A DNA stretch of 62,782 nt, filler included, from Globobulimina sp. (GCA_003354225.1; 41 parts of 41 records of this genome joined end to end with filler, not necessarily neighbours in it); one strand, 5' to 3'; shown: positions 24,549 to 37,726, numbered from the whole stretch's first letter. The notes: generated by a model not told the origin, from the sequence alone. Made by a program: numbers and translations.

Positions 24549-25875
24549 TGCATTACTTGGGTTGTTTGGTACTAAAAATAATAATTCTGTAATTACCACC
24601 AAATCATTATTTATCTCATCTGAAGAACAACGTAATTTGCCATATATTGATCCGTCAACTTTTACTTTGGAACAATGCCAGAATTCATCATTGATACTAC
24701 CACAAAATGTTACCATTAATAATAACAATAATATGAATGATTCTGAGTCTAGATTTGGATCAGATTATCATGTACATTTTGTAATATCCATTCAATATGA
24801 AATGCATAAAAATATGTCAAATAATACATATAATATTTGTAATGTTTTAGTAAATAAAACAGAGAGATTTATAGCCAGCGAAATTCGAAATAAATTCTGT
24901 GTTATTGATAATTATATAGATTGTATAATGAATAATAATGACAATCAATCATTTTTAACAATAAATGCATCCATAATTCCATGTAATGAGATGTCGGAAA
25001 ATGAAATTATTTCGTATTTTAAAAATGCAACACAGCAAACGGCGTTAATACAATCTTTAGTTATTATTATGGAAAATATATCAGATATTATGGCAAATAC
25101 AACAACATTCCATATTTTAATGTTAAATAATAAATTAAATGATACTTTCTATGATAATAATAATTTTAGTTTTCATTCAACAACAGATATTGTTAATGAT
25201 TCACAAATATTTGGAGATAAAAATGATGTGCTTGCCGCAGATTTTAATGACTATTCTATTTTTTTAGCAATCGGTATAGTTTTTATTGTTGTATTTATTA
25301 TAATGTCCGGATTAATTATGGTTATAAAAGTAAAACAAAAGAAATACATTTTTGATGATTATGACGAAGCTGCTATGAAAACAGAAAGAAAAAGGAGTCA
25401 TTCACAGTTATCTTTATATGATAAAAATAATTCATCCGCACCGTCGAGTTGTGTTACTCTTCGATATTATGAAAATGAAAGCGATTCTCGAGATTATGAT
25501 TATGAACGGCATGAAAGGAAGAGATGCAAATCAAATACAAAGAATTTACAAAATGGTGCAGTATATACAGCAGTTACAAGATATGAAACTGATCAAAATG
25601 ATGCTGATTTTGAGCAAACAACAACTGATGATACAGATTATATATCTGACAATGATGCAAACTCTGTTATTGGTTTAAATGAAGAAAATTTAAGATTAAA
25701 TTTAATGAGAGCTAAAATGGAAAATCAAAAGATTACAAAGAAATGGATTGCCAGTGTTGATTGCATAGAAATTGAATCAGACACAATCAAAGAAAAGGTT
25801 TTGGAGAAATTTGTAAAAAAACAGCAACATAATTATAAAACAAGGAGAACTAGTATTTCTCGACGGAGTGTATGA
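24549..25875 (+). CDS. Type I membrane protein, C-terminal part
   Basis: Asn-rich ectodomain with many NxS/T sites, single TM IFLAIGIVFIVVFIIMSGLIMVI, cytoplasmic tail. Confidence 0.6.
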
Positions 25876-26082
25876 TAAATGGTTCGATTTTAAATCTAAA
25901 TGAAATGCAATGCAATGACATTATTTGTATGCAATACTAGTATATGCATACAATTTCTTTTTTATCATTATATTCCTATATTNNNNNNNNNNNNNNNNNN
26001 NNNNNNNNNNNNNNNNNNNNNNNNNNTTAATTAATTAANNNNNNNNNNNNNNNNNNNNNNNNNNNNNNNNNNNNNNNNNNNN

Positions 26083-26947
26083 TCCAGATCAAATCTAAGG
26101 ATAATTTTGGAAATAATATTAAATTTGCACTGCAAGAAAGTTGCGTTAAATTTGGAAATAATATTTTTATTTCATTGTCAGGAATGTATTCATCAATTTT
26201 TATTCCCGATAATTGTAAATGTTTTATATTTTTAAATTTACGCAATAAGGTCCAAAATGCATCAGCTTCATATTTCAATTTTATATTCATTAAGGAGAAT
26301 ATTTCAATTTTATCAAATTTAATACATTTTTGTGTCATAAATGGTATGATATCAACTGGTGGAGCACCTAAATTACACTGATGATCTAAACTTATATTTG
26401 TTAAATTATTCAAAATGAAATTACCTTCTTTCGGCAAACGGAATTTATCAAAATCTTTCATTGCAATCTGCAACGTTTTAAGAGACGAATATTTACTAAA
26501 ATCAATCAATAAATAATCATCTAATTTTTTATTATACTCATAATTATAGCTATGTTCACATAAATTAATTTCCCGCAAAGAATTTGGTGAATTGCATTCA
26601 ATATATGTTGTTCTGTTACTTCGTGCAAATCTGGAATGGTCTCTGCCATTTAAATATGAGGCAATCTCACCAATTAAATAATGGATTATTGTATCAATAT
26701 TAGTGTCTTCATTTGTTTGCGGATTATCTCTCGACTCAATAATATCTGCTATTATTTCAATAATATCAGTCATTTTATTATCGGATATCATAGTTTGTGG
26801 ATTTGAGGACCATGAATTAAACAACAACGAGGCGATAAATTTAGTGCCATGTAATTTTGATAATTTTGACATAAATTGGTCACATTCTTCATCTGTTAAT
26901 TGGTCAAACAAATACCTAAATTTTATTGCATTCACTAAAGCAGCCAT
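26083..26947 (-). CDS. F-box-like / LRR-like protein, 3' truncated
   Basis: IDTIIHYLIGEIASYL..FARSNR (F-box-like) followed by LKTLQI, LTNISL, IKHLQLSGI, FPNLTQL repeats; ATG at 26947. Confidence 0.55.
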
Positions 26948-27032
26948 TACCAGACAGACCAAAAATAAAACTAAAATACTTTGCAACTCGATTTAAATAA
27001 AACTAAAAATAAAACTATTAATATTATTTACA

Positions 27033-27516
27033 ATGGCTATCTTACAGAAGTGGCTGCGTTTGATTGATAGGAGAGCTGTTATTAAATTCTGTATTTGGTT
27101 GATGTGCTGGTGTCTAGTTTCATATTTTCTGGTTCGTTTTCTATATTCCTTTCTGATTAATTCTGTGTTGCAATATGAACACTGCATGTACGCACCAAGC
27201 AATTTGGGTCAATTTTCTTCTGCATTTCAATCATTTACTTTATTTTCACCAATCTTGGAAAAAGGAGAGATGGCCAACTCAGTGCTTATTCAATGTTTAA
27301 TGATAATTATGAGCGAATTGCAGGTACATTCGATGGAGCATTTTATGAGGATATGTTGAGAGGGAAACAGCGTAAACCAACCTTTGACGGACCAAAGAAA
27401 CAAAGAAAAAAAGCAACAACACACAAAAACAAACGTATTAAGCATCCCAACCGATTGAGCAAATCTGGAAACATGAAATGTCCCTGCAATTCAGGCAAAA
27501 AATATAAAAAATGTTG
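27033..27516 (+). CDS. SAYSD1: SAYSvFN-domain protein (SAYSD1 homologue) with C-terminal SEC-C motif; intron 27132-27199
   Basis: Spliced IWLMCWCLVSYFL|QFGSIFFCISIIYFIFTNLGKRRDGQLSAYSMFNDNYERIAGTF, then CPCNSGKKYKKC at the contig end. Confidence 0.8.
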
Positions 27517-28839
27517 NNNNNNNNNNNNNNNNNNNNNNNNNNNNNNNNNNNNNNNNNNNNTTAATTAATTAANNNNNNNNNNNNNNNNNNNNNNNNNNNN
27601 NNNNNNNNNNNNNNNNAACCGAATTAAGGTCTGGATATATTTAGATGAAAAAATATCTCAATGTAATGTTTAATTTGAGATGAAGGAACTTGGCTTATCA
27701 TTTAAAGCCTTGCTGATAAGTGTACCACTGACCTTATTTGATAGGTCACAAATTAGTGTGTTTGGTTCAGTTGACCATGTCGACTGGCCACACTTTCATA
27801 AAATTGGATGATCTCATTTATAGAAAGTAGGAGGCATGGGTTGCTTACATCACAGCTACTGTATCACACCAGAATTACCATATTTTCTTATGTTAACATC
27901 ATACAACTTTATTTCACAACTAAAAGCATAACTTGGAAACAAGGACTCGTTCTTACAGGTAGAACTTCTGTGTAAACATTTTTAGTTATAGTAATAATAA
28001 TGATAAGTCTAGCTTTTTCCATATCATATAAGTTTGAGAAATCTTGCTTTTCTTTCTGACAACAGAAACTTGTTTGCAATCTGTGTTGGAATTGTGTGGT
28101 TCAGTATTTTGTTCATCTGGAATTAAGTAACACAACGTACACAATGGTAGTAGTCAAAATAAGCAATTTTCATTTTTGTAAAATAAAAGTAAATATATGT
28201 ATGGTAATATTATGTTGTATATGATAATACTGATCCTGTGGAGAAATGGTTAATCATATTTTTTCCTACACAAAATGAGACCACCATGAGAGTTCAAATA
28301 AGGTGTTTACATGGGAAAATATGGTAAAACACATTGTTCAGTGTGTACCAGCAAGGAAAGGCAGTCAATGGTGAGGGCAAACAACTCACCTATTCAAATC
28401 TAAACTTATGTAATGTGACCTGAACTTTGCAAGTGCATATGAGCTATTCTTTAGAACAGGCAGCCACATTATGAGACATTTGTTGTTTGGCATTCAGTCA
28501 TTTGCATTTAATGTCAAACATCACCTATGAACAAAAAGAAGATGATTCATCACTTGAGATTATTTGGAATAATTATAGTTAATGCATGAAAAAGAACCAG
28601 GGAATGTACTATTTCTTGTTACTTTTGAAACCCTCACACAATGTATGCATCAAAGTTTAATTCAATATAATATTTTGGGTGTCACTGACGTTACAGTTTG
28701 AATATCTTGACATTCTGACTTTGCAAAGTATTTTTCATTAACGTAAAACCATTGCAGAATCAATTAAAATGAACTGGAAATATTTCAAACAATTCATTAT
28801 TTAAATATATGAGATGAGAGTTACATAGCCAATTGTGCG

Positions 28840-29011
28840 CCAGCTGGAAACCAGCTGGCTCATTTAAACCTTGAAACCAGCTGGATACCAGCTGGAAAAT
28901 AACCAGCTGGAAATTTTTCCAGCTGGATACCAGCTGGAAAATAACCAGCTGAAAACCAGCTGGTTTCCAGCTGGTAACCAGCTGGATTTTTTCCAGCTGG
29001 TTCCAAGCAGG
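28840..29011. repeat. Array of 12 palindromic CCAGCTGG units, probably the subterminal region of a non-autonomous DNA transposon
   Basis: 11 perfect copies plus one CCAGCTGA within about 160 bp, separated by short A/T spacers; ends CCAAGCAGG. Confidence 0.75.
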
Positions 29012-29349
29012 AAAATAAACAAAATTAAGACAACAAAAAATTTTATTTTANNNNNNNNNNNNNNNNNNNNNNNNNNNNNNNNNNNNNNNNNNNNTTAATT
29101 AATTAANNNNNNNNNNNNNNNNNNNNNNNNNNNNNNNNNNNNNNNNNNNNGTTTCTGGATTTGCAGAGCGTTTCTCAGATAATTGAATTAAATGTATACA
29201 ACTTATAGACCAAGGGGAGGAGGTATCTTTTGGAATATATCGTTAAACATTTTCTTGAACAACCGCAGTACGTATCATATCATGGGTAATGAGTTAAGAA
29301 ATATATCCTACGACGTGATCAATCATTCATTTTTACAAACACCACCAGT

Positions 29350-30211
29350 TTGCTTTGTCACTTCCCTGTCCCGAATAGCAAATTAAAGAAAATTCTAAAA
29401 TCTAAATCAAAATCAAAATTAAAAAAAAATAGCAAGGAATGTGATGACAAATTTTTCATTGAACATGTTCAAAATAATAAAAAAAACGACAATTTTGTTG
29501 ATATCTCGCAATTAGATCAGAGACGCGTAGCGTTTGTTAGTTTAATTGGCATTTATCAAACATGGGGTTTTTGTCCCTCTGCTACGTTATACACTGCTTT
29601 GTTTGTATTACCATTGAAAAGAAAATGGATATATGATCCTGTCCAATATATTAATGAACTTCCATCAAATCTATTATCTCAAATCTCTCTGTTTTCGGGT
29701 ACGTTTGTATCTGTTTCGTGCATTCTTTGCACGTATATATTTATTGTGTACTGTGTACATGACAGAATCCGCAGAGATGACGTCGTTTGTTTCGTTACTT
29801 AAATGGAAAGATTCTCAAAAATTAGTATTTTGGATGTACGATGAATACCAAGTTGCAGATGATTGTGAGAATGAACTCGTCGATGCATTTTGGCAGAATT
29901 TGAGTACTAAATTAAGCAAATTATATGATCCTATTTCAGGCAGTCTGTACAATCCAATTAAGTTTGATGCAAAATGGTGGGGCGATACACACGGATTTAG
30001 CTCAAAATATAATGCAAAAACATCATCAATTTTAGCCGAACTGTATTTTTTAACAATGAAATTTAATACAATTCAAGAAATATTATACCAATCCAATCCA
30101 AAGTCATTATGTCCGCTGAAATCGTATCCAAATCCTAGTTCATTGACACAATTATTCGATGACGATGAGAATGATAGTTATGACATGTCGAATTATTGGA
30201 CATCTGAATGA
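29350..30211 (+). CDS. Hypothetical protein, C-terminal part; intron 29699-29765
   Basis: Two overlapping ORFs are joined in frame by a GTACGT...CAG intron. Confidence 0.5.
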
Positions 30212-31265
30212 CAAAATATCAATGTTTTTTTGTAATGTTTTTTTGTGTATTCGTATTTTGTAAATGTTTTATTTATTATTTAATTATATTTAGACACGTA
30301 CTCCATTGAATGAACCACACTCAAAAACACTTTTCACACAACAATAACAGAAACACTTTCATCTCAATTCAATGAAACCTCTGTTATAAAGTAACAATCA
30401 GTTTGTGTTATTTATATCTTTAAAGGTTAGTATTACCGGCAACATATTAAAGATTAGCTATAGAACTTAAAAAAACCGTAAACTGAACGATAAGTTATAC
30501 TTTTATAATTCTTACGCTATTTTCTCGGAACAACGTTTCCCACTGTTTTGTTTGATTACGCTTGGTATAAATAATTTTCACTACNNNNNNNNNNNNNNNN
30601 NNNNNNNNNNNNNNNNNNNNNNNNNNNNTTAATTAATTAANNNNNNNNNNNNNNNNNNNNNNNNNNNNNNNNNNNNNNNNNNNNCTTTCCCTTCTTCGTT
30701 GTCTCCAAATAATTTATACAACAATTTACCTTCCAAATCCACATAATTGTATTCTCAATTCTCATTTAATTAAAGCAGATTGCAATTGGTTATTGGTTAA
30801 TTCCTCCATATCCAGATCAATGTAACCAATGAACGCACTTAATTTTAATAAGGAAATCCTACGAATAGATTGCTGTTGTTACTGATTTTTCAATGAATGT
30901 AGGAATACACGACATACCGTGCAGACATGGTCTTGATTGATGACAAAATGTGTAAATGTTTGTTTTTTTCAAGCAGAAAACTACAAAAAGCTAAAATCAA
31001 GTAAGAAATCATGTCGCAGTCAGCATTTCAAAAGTCGTGGAACCAAAGTTAATGTAAAGGGATGCAATGGTATCTGGAGATTCTTATTTTATGGTCAAGA
31101 GTATCCCAATATTATTCGTTGCTGAAATAAACTGATTTCCCTTTGGAATCAGATATATGCATTGGTTTGACACGAAGGAGAAGGTCCAGGACCAAAATTA
31201 TTTGGACAAGTCTTCCTTGAATGGACCAAAGAATCTAAAAATGATATTTATATTGGAAATCACAA

Positions 31266-31913
31266 TTATATGAAACCCTTTACAAATATTTTCTTAAATT
31301 GATTTGGTAATTTTTTATTATTTTTAATCTCTAAATAATTACATATTTTAGACACAAATTGTGCTTTCTCCATTTTTTTAATTTTTATGCCATTTACTTT
31401 ATTTTTATAAAAATATGCAACTAATTTTTCTTTATATTTTAAGAATTTTTTTGTCTGAAATTGTGGTTTGATAAATACATGATTTCGTAAATAATATATA
31501 ATATTTCCAGTATCACATGATTCGATCCCATTAATATTTTCATTCCATATTCCGTCTAAGTCGTGATTACCAATCAAATCTTTTGAAAATCTTTGTATAT
31601 CACATATTTTATCAATATTTGATTGATTGTATTTAATTTTGAGCCATTCACCTTCGGAATCATAAAATATATCAATTATTTCTGCATCACACCATGAATA
31701 TATGTTTGATGAATATATTTTACATTTACTACCTAATTTAAATAATAATGGGTGATTTAATGGGAATGGTTTTAAATTATTACTGCTTCGTTGTATTTTT
31801 TTTCTTGTTTTACCATATTTCATAACAAGCCAATTATTATAAATACATTCTTCTATTTTACCAGGAAACCACTCATCCTTTGATCGTGAAAATACCATGT
31901 ATCTGTTTTCCAT
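31266..31913 (-). CDS. Protein with two internal Tudor/Agenet-like repeats
   Basis: VFSRSKDEWFPGKI..WLVMKY..KIQR is repeated as IYSSNIYSWCDAEI..WLKIKY..DIQR. Confidence 0.5.
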   Translation of the reverse strand: MENRYMVFSRSKDEWFPGKIEECIYNNWLVMKYGKTRKKIQRSSNNLKPFPLNHPLLFKLGSKCKIYSSNIYSWCDAEIIDIFYDSEGEWLKIKYNQSNIDKICDIQRFSKDLIGNHDLDGIWNENINGIESCDTGNIIYYLRNHVFIKPQFQTKKFLKYKEKLVAYFYKNKVNGIKIKKMEKAQFVSKICNYLEIKNNKKLPNQFKKIFVKGFI

Positions 31914-32367
31914 GTTGCTCGATTAGAATCTGTACATTTAATTATGTGTTTTTGAAACAGATTTACAGAAACGTTTACGGATATACCTGTTACCTGTATT
32001 ATAATGTTCTGTTTTGACTGCTTTTGGTTCTGATCGTTTTAGCCACCATCGATTTATATCTTTTTATAGGTACAGTTTTCCGGTGCCCAAAACCGGCATT
32101 TCATCAATCTCTGCAAAGNNNNNNNNNNNNNNNNNNNNNNNNNNNNNNNNNNNNNNNNNNNNTTAATTAATTAANNNNNNNNNNNNNNNNNNNNNNNNNN
32201 NNNNNNNNNNNNNNNNNNACTACGTCATCGAATTAATGTTTAATTATATCAATCATATTTATGTTAAAAGGATGCCTAATGTTATTTGAAAACAAACAAA
32301 AAACTTTCAACAAAAAAGCTCTTAGTTTTTGACAATCAACGGAATCCAGGAAATTTGAAATCAAATA

Positions 32368-33378
32368 ATGACAGAGCTCTCTGCCACAAGTACTCTCACT
32401 TCCTATATAAACAACACGTATGTTCAAAACAAGCAAATCTTTGATTCATTTCATATTTGTTTCAATATATATATTATTTTAAAGCGAATTACAAGAATCA
32501 CCAACGTCTTCATTGCCCACTACCTACTCGTCGGAAACATCAACACCATCCCCAAGCTTACAAACTGCCATTAATAAACAATTGAATGATCTAAAAATTC
32601 AATTTAAAAATGGAATCAAAGTTAATTTGTGCTGTTTCGTGTGTTTGTTACAAACAGAAATAATTTTACACAGCATTTACAATACAAAGAACCATCATTA
32701 TCATTACAACCATCATTCTCAATGCCACAACTTCCTTTATTTTGTGATAAATCATTTAATCAAAAATTAAAAATGAACAAAAAAAAGCGCCAAAAAACTA
32801 TGACATTGATACCATTTCAAGAAGAAAATATTAACATAATTAATTTAAGCACTTCGCCATCCTCAACAAGTTCAAGTATGAGCACTGTCAAAGAGTGTCG
32901 GAATAATATTGTTGGTATACAAACTAATGAAATCAATCAAAAACTGGATGTTTTAATAAATATAATTAACTCTCAACAGAAATTGTTGGAGCATTTAATA
33001 ACACAAAAAAATGTCAAGAAAAAACAGAAAAAAGCAAAAACAAAATCAAAGTCAACACAAACAAATAATATGCCACATATCATTCAAAGTGATGCATCAA
33101 AACAAGATTCGCCAGTTTTACCACCAATCCCTCATTCACAAACACTATCAAATAATGATAATAATACTAATATGTTGGTACCATATAATACATTGCTAAA
33201 ATTGATCTCTGATGCTTCAAATAACCAACATAGAGCTTATCAATATGATCATGCAATGCCTAGACATCAGCAATATATGTACCCTGCAAACAATAACAAT
33301 AACAATAACAATAATAATAATAATAATAATCCAAATTTGCTGTCACCAAAATCTACATTGTTTTTTTCTGAGTGCTAA
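32368..33378 (+). CDS. Low-complexity hypothetical protein, 3 exons (introns 32418-32484, 32621-32673), poly-Asn tract
   Basis: Two GT-AG introns join three ORF-track pieces in frame; short coiled-coil. Confidence 0.55.
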
Positions 33379-33752
33379 TTTGTATACGTATGTATATTAC
33401 TGGCCGGGTGTAACTTTAGTTATTTAATAATTTCCAATTGCATGGAACTTCCATGATGTACGCTACATTTTTTTCTCTCAAATTGAAGTGAATGTTGTTA
33501 AAAAATGTGATAGACCAATTCATGTGAACCATTGCCTTGGATATCGCACTAGCGCTATATTGGCTGTCTATTACGGTAAAAACAAGACTGCGTACGATTA
33601 CAAATGACGATTTCAAAGTTGAACCATGTCTTTCAAATTTTGTAAGCTATTANNNNNNNNNNNNNNNNNNNNNNNNNNNNNNNNNNNNNNNNNNNNTTAA
33701 TTAATTAANNNNNNNNNNNNNNNNNNNNNNNNNNNNNNNNNNNNNNNNNNNN

Positions 33753-34680
33753 GTCCAAGCCATTGCTTCTTTTGTAATGTAAATCTGATTTGGTAATATC
33801 CTCTGCAGCTCCATAATGCAGTTTGTTTTGTCATCCACGACTGTGATACCATTAACTTTTGAATATCTTCATATTTGCTCAATAATACACAATTTTCTTC
33901 GTGCTCTCTTGCTTGAAAGCCTTGACAACAATTATGACAAGTCATTATATTACATTCTTGATTATGACATTTAATCATTGAATCTTTTCTATTTTCCTCC
34001 ATGCAAAATTCGCATAATTCTCGTGCTGTCCAACAATCATCACATACCACAGTAATGTCATCGTTTTGCCACACATTTGAAACGTTTTTGTATCCTTTCT
34101 CAAATTCGGATCCATTGTACTCTTTAACTTGTTTGCATCGGTTACATCCAATCAAATATTCTAAAGTTAATTTGCTTAAATCCTTTCCAATATGTTTTGA
34201 CAATATCGGTAAAGTATTTTTTGCATCAATCAAAAGTGCGGAGAAATCTGAGATTTTATATGTTCCGCGTTTTTGCATTTCTTTTCGTTTTGATGAGTGG
34301 TCAATTCCCGCATCGATTTTGATTACGTTTTGAAACATTAGTCTCCACAACTCATGCAACGTCCAAATGGGCCAAATCCTGCCAGAAAACAGGAAATTAA
34401 AAGGCGAATCCAAGTCAAAATCGGTGAGATTCTGTTTGATGATATTGTTGATATGAGAATAATTTCTTTGTAGATATGATTCATTTAAGAAACAGTTGGA
34501 GCACATTTTGATTGGAGGGAAATACTTCGATAAAAATATACTTTGTGAACACGGTATTGATGGTTGATTTTGAATACAATCATCGCAATATAAATGCTCA
34601 CAGAATACGCATTTTACCCCATCTGGATATGTTTTGTTACAATTGTAACACAGGTGCATTTTGCCGCAAACTAATTGCAT
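33753..34680 (-). CDS. Cys-rich multi zinc-finger-like protein
   Basis: Numerous CxxC pairs in N- and C-terminal clusters. Confidence 0.5.
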
Positions 34681-35398
34681 TTTTATTGAAACTATAGATT
34701 ATGAGTACTTGTAGAATTATGAGTGCATGATTAAAAAAGCATATCATTGTCAGTCTGATTTCTAGTTGGTTGCCTTTACAAGGGATTGAAATACATCGGA
34801 TATAAGAGCTTCACTCCAAGTAAAATAAAACTTTTTGATGGAATTCCATTACAAATTATTGGCAATACACACATCTATCATCTGAGGATACGGAGCTTGC
34901 ATTTGCATAATTAATTGGCCAATGAATTAATAATAAATCAATATATGTTGTATTCCACATAGAAATAATCTATTTCCATTGTTCAATGGAATCATTATAA
35001 GCCAATGGCCGGCTCTCTCCTGTCTTGGATGTAATGATCATGAAAAAATCTGAACTTTTTGCTAATGTCCAATTACCGGTTGCATCTGATAGGCCAGCTG
35101 CTGTTCCATTTACATATATATAATCAATGGCTGAATCCCAGCTTGTACCACCTACGGAATACCAATTTTGTGATACATTATACGCANNNNNNNNNNNNNN
35201 NNNNNNNNNNNNNNNNNNNNNNNNNNNNNNTTAATTAATTAANNNNNNNNNNNNNNNNNNNNNNNNNNNNNNNNNNNNNNNNNNNNATGAAAGATAGAAT
35301 ACATTGGATATTTGCATATGAAATTCGCGAATATATATAAACTATAAATTGAATGATTTGATAGAATATAAATGACTTTATTTTGAATAGAAATGACT

Positions 35399-36475
35399 TT
35401 ATTTTGATGCTAATTCACATTTACATAATGGATGGGAGTCACCGGAATGTAATACACATTCATGTTTCTTGGGGCAATTGTCCCCTTTTTTACACTCACC
35501 GGTTGCGTTATAAAATGCACATTTGTTACTACGGCGAAAGTCGAAGGAAGTACCTGAGTCCTTCAACAATACCGAGATCTTTTTTGAATTTAATATCATC
35601 GGATTATTCTGCCAACGATCTGAAAAATCCTGATTATCATTGCGGTCGCGAGTTTTATTCGCGTCTCTGTTTCGATTTTGATGTCGTTTAATTTCTTGTT
35701 TTGTGAATTGACTGAATGGTTTGCGTTCTTTTGGTTTCTTGACTGGCTGCTTTTGCGCAATATGAACCTCTTCGGGTTTGAACGACGAAAAATTGTCCGA
35801 TAAAAACGAAATAAATGACACATTGGATTTGCGATAGGACGGATTTTGAAGCCAATTTGAAGAAAATGTGGAATATAACGACTGGTTTTGACTAATTGCT
35901 ATTAACACACCTTTTTGTAGCCAAATCCACATATCCTGAGCGGCAAAGGATGGATCTTTCATGAACGGATGCAATAAATTGATAGTTTTGTTCAAATCAA
36001 AGCTTTTGTAATCTAAATAGACCCGAATTTCACGAAAAAGTAATTGTTGACTGTCTGATCTCGGCAACATTTTATTTAAACGAGACGAGAGATCAAAGAT
36101 AAAATCACGAATAAAATTGAGTGTATGAAGGATATTCCATTTTGATTTAAATAACGAAGTCAGCTCCGAGGTCGGAGACAATTTGTCAATGAATTTCAAT
36201 GATTGATTTAAATATTTTGTAATGCGGTAAACCAAGCCGATAAATGAGAAATTGGGCTGAACCAAACCATTGATAAACTTAATAAGTTGGATTTTACATA
36301 ATATTAAGTCAGATTGTTTGATGGCACATTGTAATTTGGACGAATTTGATGGCGCATTGAAATTAATTAAATGTTTGAGAGTAATGGGATCTATAAATTG
36401 TGGTCAAATTTGGGTAAAAATTAAACAGATAAAAAAATTTAATAAGTCAGTTTCTCAAATTTCTGATTGGTGCAT
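35399..36475 (-). mobile_element. Gag/ORF1-like protein of a DIRS/Ngaro-type retrotransposon
   Basis: Ends CAFYNATGECKKGDNCPKKHECVLHSGDSHPLCKC, the finger type seen at YR-retroelement gag C-termini. Two in-frame TGA codons follow the ATG at 36475. Confidence 0.5.
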
Positions 36476-36825
36476 AAAAATTGTATACAACCATAATTTA
36501 TGTATAGTTGAAACGTTGTAAAAGAGAGAAAAAACTCAGAAAAGGGTAGCCTCAGATTACGGCTCCATTTATTCAGAGCTAAGGAGAGAACGAAGGAGAC
36601 ACTGAAACCGAATTTTACTGTGGTTTCTAAAGGAGGAAGGGGTCAATCCAAACAAACCAACGACAGGAAAAAAACGTACAGTGTCGGCCGCACTCACCTG
36701 AATATAATATATAATAGAAANNNNNNNNNNNNNNNNNNNNNNNNNNNNNNNNNNNNNNNNNNNNTTAATTAATTAANNNNNNNNNNNNNNNNNNNNNNNN
36801 NNNNNNNNNNNNNNNNNNNNCACCT

Positions 36826-37626
36826 TTACCTTAAATAAATACATAATACATTCATAAAACAATCCAAATAATAAACAATCCAAAGAAATAAAAACCATGA
36901 TTCTGGCTCCATTCCCAATGTATGTCCGTTAATGGTTAACATGACCATAGTTAACACAATTAAGCCAAGAATGACCACAAATAATACTAAAATCGTATAT
37001 TTGGTGAATGTATCAATCATTTTTGTGGCTCGAACCATGGCACTTTTGCTGTTACCGGCGTGTTTTAATGATTTCCATGCAACGCGATACAAAGCACGCA
37101 TAAATAAATAGGCTGCAAATACCGATAATATCATCTGATTAATGTGCTGCGTGAATTGCTTCATCAAATATAAGGTTTCATTATAAACCCAAAAGTTCTC
37201 ATAAGTATCTAATACGATTGCAAATATCGGCACAATGGCTGCAAAAAAAACATACAAAATCTTTATCCAGCTCGCGTAGTCATGTCTGCTGCCTCCAAAT
37301 GAATAGTGCAAAATCGCCAAAAACAATAAAAACATCGTTATTGTGCCGAAATTAAAGAAAACATAGGCCGAATAGCCAGATACTGTTCGATGATTCTCTG
37401 GGTTTTTCGCAAATGGATTTAGTACATGGGTCACACACCAAACCATGCACATTGTGAATAATGACATTGAAGCGATGGTTAACATTGTAATTGTCATTTT
37501 TTTTTTATGTCTCTCCCAATGACAATGGATTGAATAGAAGGCATGGACCGAAAATATTAATGACAGCAACAGAAATAAACACGGCACTACGATGCTAAAA
37601 CCTAATAAGCCTGTCACTTTGACCAT
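36826..37626 (-). CDS. 7TM (GPCR-like) membrane protein, probably continuing after an intron
   Basis: About seven hydrophobic helices from MVKVTG; ends LDCFMNVLCIYL at AG|GTAAAG. Confidence 0.6.
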   Translation of the reverse strand: MVKVTGLLGFSIVVPCLFLLLSLIFSVHAFYSIHCHWERHKKKMTITMLTIASMSLFTMCMVWCVTHVLNPFAKNPENHRTVSGYSAYVFFNFGTITMFLLFLAILHYSFGGSRHDYASWIKILYVFFAAIVPIFAIVLDTYENFWVYNETLYLMKQFTQHINQMILSVFAAYLFMRALYRVAWKSLKHAGNSKSAMVRATKMIDTFTKYTILVLFVVILGLIVLTMVMLTINGHTLGMEPESWFLFLWIVYYLDCFMNVLCIYLR

Positions 37627-37726
37627 GGTTTCACTCAACAAGTTTTTGCAAATGAAGAAAAAAAGTTTACAGTTAGCATATGGCAATTTTACTGACCTGA
37701 CCTGACCTGATCTGACCTGATCTATC

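Noticed and set aside
27617..28830. Coding potential in the contig preceding the CCAGCTGG array
   Set aside because: No sustained ORF or recognisable motif on either strand.
30940..31262. Frame open except for TGA codons, suggesting UGA=Trp recoding (also at 36404/36455 and 62025/62031)
   Set aside because: Clear genes in the window end in TGA and use TGG for Trp, and the 62 kb example also has a frameshift, so pseudogene decay is the simpler explanation.
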